A stretch of DNA of 64,000 bases from a virus (lineage: Duplodnaviria; Caudoviricetes): positions 32,001 through 96,000 of the IMG/VR virus record IMGVR_UViG_3300032030_000005. One strand, written 5' to 3'. Under the pieces are notes generated by a model. The model was not told the origin of the DNA. It ran no database searches and was given only the letters and a program-made list of their open reading frames with translations. The translations under genes and the position numbers were made by a program. This document shows, piece after piece, positions 9,867 through 19,496 of the stretch (its first letter is position 1; every line of letters begins with the position of its first letter).

Positions 9867-10766
9867 ATGTGGTATATTGATAACAACAAATATCTTTGTG
9901 TAGCAGATAAAGAAGCATTACAGCATTATTTAGAAAGTGAAAAAATATCTAGAACTAAATTTAATCAACCTGTAAAAGTTATCGGTAGTCAACCAACTGC
10001 ATTAGTAGAGTTATTTGAAGGTATGAAAAATTTTAATAGTGACGTTATCATAGAAAATAAATATGTTTATACTGCAAGACGTATGTTTAAAGGATGTAGT
10101 AAATTCAATCAACCTGTAAAGTTTCCAAAATTAATAACTAGTTATAATGAAACTTTTATGAATTGTATATCTTTTAATCAGTCTATAGATGATATGTTTT
10201 TAAATATAAAAGGACATTCATATATGGCAAACAAAATGTTTTATGGTTGCAAGTCTTTCAATCAACCATTTAATTTTAAAAAGATAATTAAAAATACTAT
10301 AATTTTAACTAGTATGTTTGAAAAATGTATAAGTATTGATGAAAAATCAGTTCGAAATGCAATAAAAATAATTATAGATCCTACATTGGAAAATTATATA
10401 AATTTTAATTGTCCTAGATATATAGATAGAATATTCTGTAAAACTAATTTTAGATTTAAAAATGATATAATAATTAATAAAAATTTTACAACAATATTTG
10501 GTTCTTTTAAATATTTTTATGATTACGATCAAGATTCTATAGATTTTTATATTTTAGTATATTCTAAAGGATTAGGAATAAAATTAGCAACAAATTCAAA
10601 TAAAGCTAAAATAACAGTATGTGAAAAAGTATATAATTTTAAAGAATTAAAAAATATTCGTTTTGGTATGATTCCGTCAAAATACAGTCCTAAAGAAAAT
10701 ATGTTTTATATAAACATGAATAGGGAAGATTTTGCTAAAAAATTATTATATTCTAATTTAAAATAA
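9867..10766 (+). CDS. BspA/DUF285-like leucine-rich repeat protein 3
   Basis: AAGGAG SD before ATG 9867. Fewer, more degenerate FNQP repeats. Confidence 0.8.
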   Translation: MWYIDNNKYLCVADKEALQHYLESEKISRTKFNQPVKVIGSQPTALVELFEGMKNFNSDVIIENKYVYTARRMFKGCSKFNQPVKFPKLITSYNETFMNCISFNQSIDDMFLNIKGHSYMANKMFYGCKSFNQPFNFKKIIKNTIILTSMFEKCISIDEKSVRNAIKIIIDPTLENYINFNCPRYIDRIFCKTNFRFKNDIIINKNFTTIFGSFKYFYDYDQDSIDFYILVYSKGLGIKLATNSNKAKITVCEKVYNFKELKNIRFGMIPSKYSPKENMFYINMNREDFAKKLLYSNLK

Positions 10767-10770
10767 ATAT

Positions 10771-10801
10771 ATAGCCCATAGAGATATTCTCTATGGGCTA
10801 T
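10771..10801. terminator. Bidirectional terminator
   Basis: atagcccatagaga-tat-tctctatgggctat plus T-run. Confidence 0.85.
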
Positions 10802-10806
10802 TTTTT

Positions 10807-11196
10807 TTATAACATATTTTCACGCTTCATACGTTCTAATCTAAGATTATTTCTATCTGCAATAGATTTTTCATGAGCTGCTTTAGCTTTTCTAAGTGAA
10901 TTCTTAGATTCTTTTTCTTCAATTTCAGCTTTCTTATGTCTTTCTTCTAATTTACGTTGTTTCCATGTTCTATAATTAGGATACATTTTAGGATTTTTTC
11001 TATGATCCCTCTCGTATTGTCTCATTTCTTTATTTTCGAAATTATCAATACTAAGTTGTCCGCCTTTTTGTTGATATTGAATGTATCTTGCTCTTTTTTT
11101 ATTATCTTCTTTAGCCATAGCTTTATTTTCAGATTCTACAGCTTTTCTATTACGATAAGAACTAATAATACTTTCATCTAAAGGATAATTCATCAT
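10807..11196 (-). CDS. Basic hypothetical protein
   Basis: 129-aa Lys/Arg-rich ORF overlapping the stop of the upstream gene; GAGGTGG SD. Confidence 0.6.
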   Translation of the reverse strand: MMNYPLDESIISSYRNRKAVESENKAMAKEDNKKRARYIQYQQKGGQLSIDNFENKEMRQYERDHRKNPKMYPNYRTWKQRKLEERHKKAEIEEKESKNSLRKAKAAHEKSIADRNNLRLERMKRENML

Positions 11197-11879
11197 ACTG
11201 CCACCACCTCATAACGATTATTATCTTCATCGTAAGCAAATTCTTCATCTTCAACAGTATCAAATTTAACAATATTAATTAATGATGTATCAAATTCACA
11301 ATCATCTATAATATTATAATCACTATCAATGATGTATAATTCTTTATTTTTAGTACATACGATATTATATTCAGCAGGTAATACTTGAGTCTTTTTAGTT
11401 TCTATCTTTTGTTCTTCTTCGCCTATTGATAATCTATCATTTAGTATCTTATCAATTTCTTCATTAGATGGCTGTTCAATATTTTCTTCTTCAGCTTCTT
11501 CCATAGAACTCTGAAGTAATGTAGTTTTATCACTCTTATTAAGAAGTCTATAAAGATCAAGAATATCCTTACTAACACCAGATTGCTGATCTTCAAGTTT
11601 ATTATTAGCACTAAACATTTTAGCTTCCATATCCATTTTAGTTCTTTTAATATTAGTTAATTCTTTAATAATATTAAGTCTCTTTTCTTTAATAGATATT
11701 AAATTAGCTGTCTGGGATGACATGAAGACTGGGTTTGCTCTCGTTGGTGTCTTCGCTACAGCATCAAGTCTATCTTTTGCTTCATTAAATAATATATCTA
11801 AAGATTGTAATTCTAATAAGAGCATATTATATTCTTCATCTAATTCTTCTGGATTTAATAATAGTTTATTACTAGCCAT
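11193..11879 (-). CDS. Hypothetical coiled-coil protein
   Basis: AAGGAGTG SD before ATG 11879. Late-type promoter at 11905-11916. Confidence 0.65.
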   Translation of the reverse strand: MASNKLLLNPEELDEEYNMLLLELQSLDILFNEAKDRLDAVAKTPTRANPVFMSSQTANLISIKEKRLNIIKELTNIKRTKMDMEAKMFSANNKLEDQQSGVSKDILDLYRLLNKSDKTTLLQSSMEEAEEENIEQPSNEEIDKILNDRLSIGEEEQKIETKKTQVLPAEYNIVCTKNKELYIIDSDYNIIDDCEFDTSLINIVKFDTVEDEEFAYDEDNNRYEVVAV

Positions 11880-11926
11880 ATATCTCACTCCTTTATTAAT
11901 AGTATAATTAAAAGTTGATTTTTAAT

Positions 11927-12314
11927 AAAAAAAAGAGCAATACTCGGTTCGATCCGTAGATAGGCTATTGCTCTTTTTTTGCTTGGTCATTATTAGCTTT
12001 TTTAACTGTCCGGATCAGTAGCTAATAATGGAATATCGACTTTGATATTCACCGGGGGCGTTGCTTATTCCTCTTTTTTCAACTGCTCTGCCATGAATAA
12101 CCCTGTTATTCCCACTGTCAGCACATGTGCTGGAAGGCATTTTGCTTGTAGTTAAGAGCCTCGACGTCTTCAAAGGACCGCATAGAAGACCATATCATTT
12201 TAACATATGGTTGTTTCTTCTATTGTTGTAAAACTATGAATAAGGTTAATGTTTTTTGCGCAACAATCTATTCATAAAACCGAGAAAAACATCAATTTCC
12301 TCTTCCTTATTCAT
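11927..12314 (-). ncRNA. Candidate structured ncRNA A (~390 nt)
   Basis: Early-type promoter at 12319-12327 (-). 5' ATGAATAAGG pairs with CCTTATTCAT. GC higher than flanks, several hairpins, no SD-led ORF, terminal stem gagcaata/tattgctc plus U-run. Confidence 0.6.
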
Positions 12315-12345
12315 AAATATAATATATAAATAAAAATATAATCTA

Positions 12346-12759
12346 AAAAAAAAAGAATAACCCAGACTTTTCAACTACGCCTTATGTATCACCGGTCGAT
12401 TACTGCGTGTATTATTCTTTTTTATTATGCGGACGTAAGATATGTATAGGTTCACAGCCGATTACTCGATCTATATAGTACGTATACTATATTATATAGA
12501 ACATGAACCTCACGGTAAATCAATATCTTTACGGAGTACAGAAATAGTACCCATCAGACTCATTTTTTTTTTCTTAAGAAACCTCAGCAAAGACCCTATT
12601 GCTAGATAATTACCTCTAGCTCAGTCTTCATAAGTTACATGTAACCTTAGCGTGTTTGGTTTCGTGTAAAATGGCGAAAAACACAATAATAGCTTCCATT
12701 TATGTTTTACTTATCCAAAAGTCTGGTAAACATCGGGAAGTTCTTCTTGCTATTATCAT
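12346..12759 (-). ncRNA. Candidate structured ncRNA B (~410 nt)
   Basis: Early-type promoter at 12764-12772 (-). 5' ATAATAGC pairs with GCTATTAT. Multiple stems, A-rich linkers, terminal aagaataa/ttattctt stem plus U-run. Confidence 0.6.
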
Positions 12760-12774
12760 AAAAATAATATATAT

Positions 12775-13320
12775 TTATTTTTCCTTAAAGAAAATTTCTT
12801 TAATAAAATATTTACTAAAGTATTTATCAAAGTATTCTATTAATACTGGATCATTAGATTCTTTAATAATACTAGATAATTCTATACTCTTTAAAACCAT
12901 CTTAGCATCCTTATCTTTATCAAACCAGTATATATGAATCTTATCATTAAATACTTTACCATTATATTTACATGTAAATGGATATGTAAATATAATAGGA
13001 TCACCATCTATTGTCTTAGTCATTTCACCTAATTCAAGTACTAATTCTTTACATTTGATATTAATAACTGCTTTACGTTCTTCATCAAATTTAATTAAAT
13101 GTGATTCATAATCATCATCGATCTTCATCCAAGCTTCTGTATGTATAGGTGTTTCTTGATCTTTCTGAAATCCATTAGAAATACCTTCATATTTTTCCTG
13201 AAATACTGATGGTTTTCTAAAAGTATCTATTCTATAAGATACTTTACCATTATCATCTATGACTCTACATACATATATACCTTCTTCACTTGGAAGCTTT
13301 TCTTTTACATGTATAAACAT
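12775..13320 (-). CDS. Hypothetical protein with DUF551-like N-terminus
   Basis: N-terminal FIHVKEKLPSEEGIYVC resembles the common phage WIxVxExLP motif. Confidence 0.5.
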   Translation of the reverse strand: MFIHVKEKLPSEEGIYVCRVIDDNGKVSYRIDTFRKPSVFQEKYEGISNGFQKDQETPIHTEAWMKIDDDYESHLIKFDEERKAVINIKCKELVLELGEMTKTIDGDPIIFTYPFTCKYNGKVFNDKIHIYWFDKDKDAKMVLKSIELSSIIKESNDPVLIEYFDKYFSKYFIKEIFFKEK

Positions 13321-13322
13321 AA

Positions 13323-13691
13323 CTATTTCTCCTTATCTGTTACATTGAGATTAAAAGTTATTGTATTATCCAAGACATTATGGGCGAATTTAAAGACTTT
13401 GTAGTTCTTCAAGATCTCTTCACCTATTGCAGTAGCTAAGTCTTTTAACATATAACTCGGTATCTCATCTTTACTAATATCTTCTAAGTTATTGATTTTC
13501 TTGTATAATTCCGGTTCACAATCTTTAATAAAGCTGATATCATAGTTAATACTAACTGTATTTTCTTTAATATTTTCTTCTTCTTGCATTTCTGTATCCA
13601 TTGGTATATCTTCTTTAAAGAATTCCAGCATTTCATCAAACGCTTCAGCTTCATTATCTTTCTTTTTAATATCAAAAAGTCTTTCAAACAT
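13323..13691 (-). CDS. Hypothetical protein
   Basis: 122-aa ORF with SD, in operon. Confidence 0.6.
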   Translation of the reverse strand: MFERLFDIKKKDNEAEAFDEMLEFFKEDIPMDTEMQEEENIKENTVSINYDISFIKDCEPELYKKINNLEDISKDEIPSYMLKDLATAIGEEILKNYKVFKFAHNVLDNTITFNLNVTDKEK

Positions 13692-13754
13692 ATTCTATCC
13701 CTTCCTATATATAAAATAGCTCTTAAGGAATATTACTTCCTTAAGAGCATGTTA

Positions 13755-15416
13755 TTAAATTATACCTTTGCAAATAAACTGATTAGATGTAACTAAAATA
13801 CCAATAATACTTATAACAGCCTTAAGTATTTCAGTTTCAGTTTTTAATGAATTAACTATTGAAGTTGATTCATCTGGTTCATAAGCTTTAGTTTTAAGAT
13901 TATATATACATTTTTCTTCTACACATTTTTTAATAATTTTATTTATCTCTTTATTTGGAATACCTGCATTTACAAGTACACATTTATAACATTCCATAAA
14001 TGCTTCAGCTATTAAATCTTCAAGAGTTGTTAATAGTTTATAATTCTTAACTACTCTTGCAAATGGAGTATGCTGAATACATTTAGGAATAGCTAAATTA
14101 CCGCCTGAAACATAACCTGTTTCTAATGCTGCCTTACAAGCAAAGATACTATCTTCAATAAGATATCTTCTATTATTCTTTTCTAATTCAGTATCTCCAC
14201 CTACATAATATTTTACAATAGATGAATTAAGATTACCTCTACGAGTCTCTAACTTAAAGATCTTATCATCGAAAGAGTCATCCTTTAATTCCTTAAGCTT
14301 CTCTATCTCTTCTGTAATAAAATCTACTCGTTCAGCAAGTTCTTTATCAGAACACTTTCTACCAATAATCTTAGTAGTCTTATTAGTAATTGAGATCTCA
14401 TCACAAGAGCCTAACATCTTATAGAAGTTTTTCTTAAAGTCTTCTTCTTTCTCAAAGTTCTTATCATAAATAGTGCTTTTTGTAAATAAAGCAATATCTT
14501 TAAATATTTCTTCCTGATTTTTATTCATAAAATTAAAATCAACTAAACAGATCTGAAGATCAGGATTCTGCTTCTTATTAATAATCCAACAAGAAACAAA
14601 TTCTACAGAAAAGCTCTTAGCGATAATAACTACTGGCTTTGTCTGCTGAGATACTAAATGACCTATTACATCTACAATATAATTAAGATCTGTTGAATCA
14701 AGTCTATCATTACACATAAATATAAAAGGATCTTTAACAGAAAATTCTGGCTTATTTTTATTAGTAGTAAATTCTTCTGCAATCATTCCTGATGCAAATT
14801 CAAGACCATTCAAATATTCATAAGAGTCTGTAGAATCTTTAGAATTCTCTAAATAAATAAAGCCTTCCTTACCGATCTTCTTATAAATATCATAAATATT
14901 CTTACCAACTTTTTCATCATTATTATTAGATACTTCCGCTATCTTCTGAATAATGTTAAAATTACTTTCATTAATAGGAGTTGCAAATTGCTTAATATTT
15001 TCGTTAATATAACCTTCTAATTCTTTTAAACCATCGAATATTTCTTTAGGTGCATATCCAGATAATTTACCATTAAGATTATTATTAATAGTATTAAACA
15101 AACTCTCTGCAATAACTACTGATGATGTACTACCATCACCAACAGTCTGTACTAAATTAAAAGAAATCTTTTTAATAATTTCATAAATAGTTCTTGCTAC
15201 CGGGCTTTCAAATCTTAAGCTAGATAAAATAGTATAACCATCCTTAGTAGCAATATGACCACTTATTTTATCTTCAATAATTGTTGAAGAACCATAATAA
15301 CCTAATGACTTTCTAAGGCTATCTGCTATAACCTTAAGAGTCATTGATGAAAGATCTTTATAATCTTTTTCTTTTACAATATTATCACTTTTACTATATA
15401 CTATATTATTTTCCAT
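13755..15416 (-). CDS. groEL: Phage GroEL-like chaperonin
   Basis: 553 aa; TKDGYTIL, VGDGSTS (GDGTTT-like), YYVGGDTELE, GYVSGG motifs. Confidence 0.9.
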   Translation of the reverse strand: MENNIVYSKSDNIVKEKDYKDLSSMTLKVIADSLRKSLGYYGSSTIIEDKISGHIATKDGYTILSSLRFESPVARTIYEIIKKISFNLVQTVGDGSTSSVVIAESLFNTINNNLNGKLSGYAPKEIFDGLKELEGYINENIKQFATPINESNFNIIQKIAEVSNNNDEKVGKNIYDIYKKIGKEGFIYLENSKDSTDSYEYLNGLEFASGMIAEEFTTNKNKPEFSVKDPFIFMCNDRLDSTDLNYIVDVIGHLVSQQTKPVVIIAKSFSVEFVSCWIINKKQNPDLQICLVDFNFMNKNQEEIFKDIALFTKSTIYDKNFEKEEDFKKNFYKMLGSCDEISITNKTTKIIGRKCSDKELAERVDFITEEIEKLKELKDDSFDDKIFKLETRRGNLNSSIVKYYVGGDTELEKNNRRYLIEDSIFACKAALETGYVSGGNLAIPKCIQHTPFARVVKNYKLLTTLEDLIAEAFMECYKCVLVNAGIPNKEINKIIKKCVEEKCIYNLKTKAYEPDESTSIVNSLKTETEILKAVISIIGILVTSNQFICKGII

Positions 15417-15430
15417 AATATGTTTACTCC

Positions 15431-15799
15431 TTAATTTTTTAAAATGATAAATGTGTATTTATTATTATCTTTCGTAATATTAAAAATACCATTCAAATCA
15501 TATTTATCTATTAGTTCATCAATAGTATTATCTATATTAAATACTATCTTCTCAAAATTACAAATCATCGCATCTGTTGACTCACAATCATATCCTTCAA
15601 CTACACTATAATCTATATTTTCTGATCTAAATATATTTACTAATTTATTAAATTCATATCCATTCTTTTTATCTAAGGATTCTATAAAGTTATTTAAATC
15701 AGCACTATATTGATTTTCGATTTGTTCTTCTTCATTTATTACCTGATTTGATGGTTGTATAAGATCATTATAATAAAAATAAATCATAAAATCAACCAA
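15431..15799 (-). CDS. Hypothetical protein
   Basis: 122-aa acidic ORF upstream of the chaperonin. Confidence 0.55.
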   Translation of the reverse strand: MVDFMIYFYYNDLIQPSNQVINEEEQIENQYSADLNNFIESLDKKNGYEFNKLVNIFRSENIDYSVVEGYDCESTDAMICNFEKIVFNIDNTIDELIDKYDLNGIFNITKDNNKYTFIILKN

Positions 15800-15822
15800 C
15801 TTTCATAAATATATGCCCAACC

Positions 15823-16080
15823 TTATTTCTTATTAGATGCTAAGTTGTTAAGCTTAGCATTCTCGGCTTCTATACGTTTTCTGTCTAATTCCATTTTTTC
15901 TTCTTTAGCTTCTTTTAAAGATAGTAATACTGAATAATCCATTTGCATCATTTCAGTAATACTTATTTTACCTTCAAATAAGTCTAATAAATATAGTAAG
16001 AAATTAGCACTATTTTTATATTTCTCTTTTAATAATAAGTTGCCTTCTAAATCTTTGCTTACTGGTTGAGCATTAGACGA
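15823..16080 (-). CDS. -1 frame extension of the gp26-like protein (tail assembly chaperone GT/gp51-like domain)
   Basis: 85 open codons (SSNAQPVSKD...LLDLFEGKISITEMMQMDYSVLLSLKEAKEE...NKK) in the -1 frame, with no start codon before the conserved-looking part. Overlaps CTTTTTC at 16079-16085. Confidence 0.6.
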   Translation of the reverse strand, partial: SSNAQPVSKDLEGNLLLKEKYKNSANFLLYLLDLFEGKISITEMMQMDYSVLLSLKEAKEEKMELDRKRIEAENAKLNNLASNKK

Positions 16081-17282
16081 AAAAGCACATTTTCCATATC
16101 TACCGGCATTTCACCAAGATCTTTTCCACATGAAGGACATTTAAAGTTAGGAATTCTATATTCTGTCTTGTATTTATTTGTCCATTCATCAATAGCTCTT
16201 GCTAACTGCTTTGAATCATTAATAGATAACTGCTTAAGAATCTTAATAATCTTTTCATTACCTGATACTGGATAATAAACAGGACTCTTCTTTTCAAGAG
16301 TTTCTGGTACATTAAGAAGATAAACATTCTTTATAAATAAAAGTGTAGCTAAATCACTAGCTAAGCTTTCAAGCTGATCTGTAGGTGTTGACTTTAAGAT
16401 ATCAAGCTGATTCTTAAGAGATGGTACTCGAATATCAATAATAGTCTTTGACTGCTCTAAGCATACTCTCTTATGTTCAGAAAGTAAAGAAGCCTTAATA
16501 ACAGCATCTGAATTATCAGCTGTCATAGCAATTTCATTTAATCTTTCAAAGATAGCTTCATCCTTACTAAATACAAGACTATCATTTGGAATATCATGTG
16601 AAAATTCATGTTCACAATGTACACACTTAAAATCAAACTTTGTACTACCTGGGAATGTCTGCATATGTAAACCATAGAATAAAGACTGAAGATCAAAGAA
16701 TGATGTACATTCACAGAATGTATCAAAATTAATTGGTCCAATACTTGTAGCCTGAATTCTATTATGAATAATCTGATAAATCTTCAATGTACTATGATAT
16801 TCATCCATTGTAGAATTTGTAATAGCATCAATATCATCAAACTTAAGAGCATTCATATAAGCTACATAACAACTCTGTGGAAGTGGTACTTGGAATGTAG
16901 GTGTTGAATTAAAAATTAAATCTAAATTACTATGCTTTTCAAGACTATTAAGTGAATCTGAAATTATAATATTATTTAAATCAATATTCATTGTAGGAAG
17001 AAGTTCATTAATCTGAACCTTCATATCATTCATTACATCATGCTTTGGACTAAGATTAAGAGGATCTGGATTAACATCTTCCTTTTGAGTGATAATATCC
17101 TTTGCTGAAAGACTCTTTGATGATTTTCTCTTAGTTGGTACATTATTACCTTTAGTCTTAACACTAAGATCTAATTCACCTTTAAGTTCTTTTTTAGCAT
17201 TTTCCATAGCTTCAAACATTTCTTGATTAACCTGAACTTCAGGTACTATATCATTTTGATCAAAATTAACTTTCTTGCCCAT
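16059..17282 (-). CDS. T4 gp26-like baseplate hub / tail assembly chaperone with Zn ribbon
   Basis: VPLPQS motif, two CxxC pairs (CVHC, CPSC), adjacent to the gp25-like gene. Confidence 0.65.
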   Translation of the reverse strand: MGKKVNFDQNDIVPEVQVNQEMFEAMENAKKELKGELDLSVKTKGNNVPTKRKSSKSLSAKDIITQKEDVNPDPLNLSPKHDVMNDMKVQINELLPTMNIDLNNIIISDSLNSLEKHSNLDLIFNSTPTFQVPLPQSCYVAYMNALKFDDIDAITNSTMDEYHSTLKIYQIIHNRIQATSIGPINFDTFCECTSFFDLQSLFYGLHMQTFPGSTKFDFKCVHCEHEFSHDIPNDSLVFSKDEAIFERLNEIAMTADNSDAVIKASLLSEHKRVCLEQSKTIIDIRVPSLKNQLDILKSTPTDQLESLASDLATLLFIKNVYLLNVPETLEKKSPVYYPVSGNEKIIKILKQLSINDSKQLARAIDEWTNKYKTEYRIPNFKCPSCGKDLGEMPVDMENVLFRLMLNQ

Positions 17283-17305
17283 ATTAGTTTATTCCTTTCT
17301 TATTA

Positions 17306-17950
17306 TTATAGATCCATCTTAGAAATTATTTTACTATTAGATGAATCTCCTGTATAAAATAGACTAAGTTTATATTCTTCTGAATTTCCATTTGGATTAG
17401 TATCATATACTGTAAAAAATATAGCAACTGTAATATATTTATTATCAGAACTTCTTAAAAATTCTATTTCTTGTTTAGTAGATATATTTGTATTAATTAA
17501 ATCTTTATTTAACCATTTAGTCATTTGATTATTAATATTAGTATTAAGTTCTGATTTTAAACCTTGTGTAGCTAATTCAAATAAATAATTTTCAATACCT
17601 ACACCAAAGTCTGGATTATTAGGATATGTACCCGGTTTAGTAACTAAAATATTTTGAATCATTCTAGCTACTGCTTCTTTACCTGATGTACCTTTTAATT
17701 TTTTAAATTCCGAAATATTTAGTGTTACATCTCTTATCTCTGTAGGAGTATTATTTTTCATTACAGCTTCTTTACCGGCTTTTACCATATCTTGAATCTT
17801 TTTATTAGCTTCATCTAAACTATTTTGCCGATATATTTCATAAACGTCACTTACATTTAAATGACCATTTGAATAAGCTCTATTTATAGCATCTATATAA
17901 GACTGATCGAATTCTCTAACTCCTATATTATTTGTGTTATCATTAGGCAT
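17306..17950 (-). CDS. Baseplate wedge protein, gp25/GPW-like
   Basis: IQNILVTKPGTYPNNPDFGVGIENYLFE signature. Confidence 0.85.
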   Translation of the reverse strand: MPNDNTNNIGVREFDQSYIDAINRAYSNGHLNVSDVYEIYRQNSLDEANKKIQDMVKAGKEAVMKNNTPTEIRDVTLNISEFKKLKGTSGKEAVARMIQNILVTKPGTYPNNPDFGVGIENYLFELATQGLKSELNTNINNQMTKWLNKDLINTNISTKQEIEFLRSSDNKYITVAIFFTVYDTNPNGNSEEYKLSLFYTGDSSNSKIISKMDL

Positions 17951-18090
17951 TTTATATCACCTCATTTTTTAACTTATTAATATAGTTTATTTATACCTTT
18001 ATGTTAGTTATAGTATTAAAAATTAAAATTTTTAATTTTTTTAAAAAAGAAATTTATTAAATAATAATTATTTATTAAGGAGGGAAAAAT

Positions 18091-19452
18091 ATGAGTGAAA
18101 TAATAGAAAATATAATTGATGAAAATGAAAAAAATAAAAATACTAAAGAAAGAATTAGTGATATTAAAGCTTCCTTAGAATATACAGTTTCAGATGATGA
18201 AATTAATAATATCAATAATTTAAAAAATATTGTTGAAGATTCTACTATACCTAGAAAATATACATATGTGCCTAAATTAACAGCTATATTTTCAGATGGT
18301 ACTGTATATGATTTATTACAATATACTACAATAGTTCAAACTGAAATTAATTTAGATATATATGTGTTTCCATTAATATCTGTTAGATTAGATGTTCCAG
18401 TAGAATTAGTACCTAAGATTCAATTTGATGATGACTTAGTTATTAATTATGAATTGATGTACAATGCCAATACAGATTTAGATACAGCAACAATGTATAA
18501 TATATTATGGAATATTAATCTTAAAAAAGTTAAACAAGAAAGTTCACCTATTATGATGAATGAAATATTCTATAAGGAAGTATCTGAAGAAATTAGAAGA
18601 GTTCCTTTAGAATTAAAACTAATACCAGAAGATTGTTTAAATGCTAATAAGATATTATTCTCAGGTGTATATAGTAAATGTGATATGGTTCAAATGTTAA
18701 CTTTATTAACTGAAAAATTAAATTATAAAACTTATATATCAAGACCAGATAATATTAGAAAGTATAATCAAGTAATATTTCCACCTTGTAATATATTTTA
18801 TGGTATTGAATATTTGGATCAATATTATGGATTATATGATAGAGGATTAAAGATGTTTTATGGTTTTGGAAATAGTGTCATAATGTCAAAGAATCATTAT
18901 ATAGAAACTGGTATGAATAAAGTTAAAGTATCATTTGCTCAAAATAATAATGGTTATGATATTTATAATTATACTAATGGTGGTATAGAGCAATTAGGTA
19001 GTGACTATTATATATCAATAACTCCTAATAAAGTTAAGATTTTAGATAAAAGACATTATATGAAAGAGACTTTAGGTACTATAGTAACAACTTATTCAAG
19101 AGATGATCATGTATATTTTGAACAAGCAAGAGAATATGATTATACAGAAAAAGAAGATATTATAGAAAAAGTTAAATCATATGTAAACCAATATAATAAT
19201 ACAAATAAAGAAAAAGAATATTTATTAAGATCTGTATATTCAAGACAAATAGAATTAATGCTTGAAGGTGCTTTATTACCACCAGATGGATGGTTTAAAG
19301 TATTTGATATTAATTTTGATTCTAATAATTATAATTCTTTAAATGGTCTTTATTGTATGCATGGTTATTATTTTAGATTAGCTAAAATTAGTAATAAAAA
19401 TAGTACAAGAGGTTTTGATGTTACTTCTGCTATAGAATTAACTGAAATATAA
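18091..19452 (+). CDS. Putative virion structural protein (possible baseplate hub)
   Basis: 453-aa beta-rich ORF divergent from baseplate genes. Hub call is tentative. Confidence 0.4.
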   Translation: MSEIIENIIDENEKNKNTKERISDIKASLEYTVSDDEINNINNLKNIVEDSTIPRKYTYVPKLTAIFSDGTVYDLLQYTTIVQTEINLDIYVFPLISVRLDVPVELVPKIQFDDDLVINYELMYNANTDLDTATMYNILWNINLKKVKQESSPIMMNEIFYKEVSEEIRRVPLELKLIPEDCLNANKILFSGVYSKCDMVQMLTLLTEKLNYKTYISRPDNIRKYNQVIFPPCNIFYGIEYLDQYYGLYDRGLKMFYGFGNSVIMSKNHYIETGMNKVKVSFAQNNNGYDIYNYTNGGIEQLGSDYYISITPNKVKILDKRHYMKETLGTIVTTYSRDDHVYFEQAREYDYTEKEDIIEKVKSYVNQYNNTNKEKEYLLRSVYSRQIELMLEGALLPPDGWFKVFDINFDSNNYNSLNGLYCMHGYYFRLAKISNKNSTRGFDVTSAIELTEI

Positions 19453-19496
19453 AAAAATTGAGTAAAAACCTATATAGGTTTTTACTCAAAATAATA

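Noticed and set aside
7770-10330. CRISPR-like periodic repeats (TTTAATCAACC every ~66 nt)
   Set aside because: These are in-frame codons of the FNQP protein repeat; they are degenerate and no cas genes are present.
7619-10766. Diversity-generating retroelement targeting the LRR genes
   Set aside because: No reverse transcriptase and no near-identical template/variable repeat pair visible in the window.
11943-11957. tRNA T-arm-like CTCGGTTCGATCCG
   Set aside because: Six-nt loop, no D or anticodon arms, no acceptor stem or CCA, and it is on the strand opposite the predicted transcript.
12246-12314. Leaderless 22-aa ORF MNKEEEIDVFLGFMNRLLRKKH at the start of unit A
   Set aside because: Its ATG is the RTG of the promoter consensus and is buried in a 10-bp stem. 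Not supportable as a CDS without ribosome data.
12525-12560. Hammerhead-like CTGATG followed by a short stem in unit B
   Set aside because: Reads CTGATGG rather than CUGAUGA and lacks GAAA after stem II.
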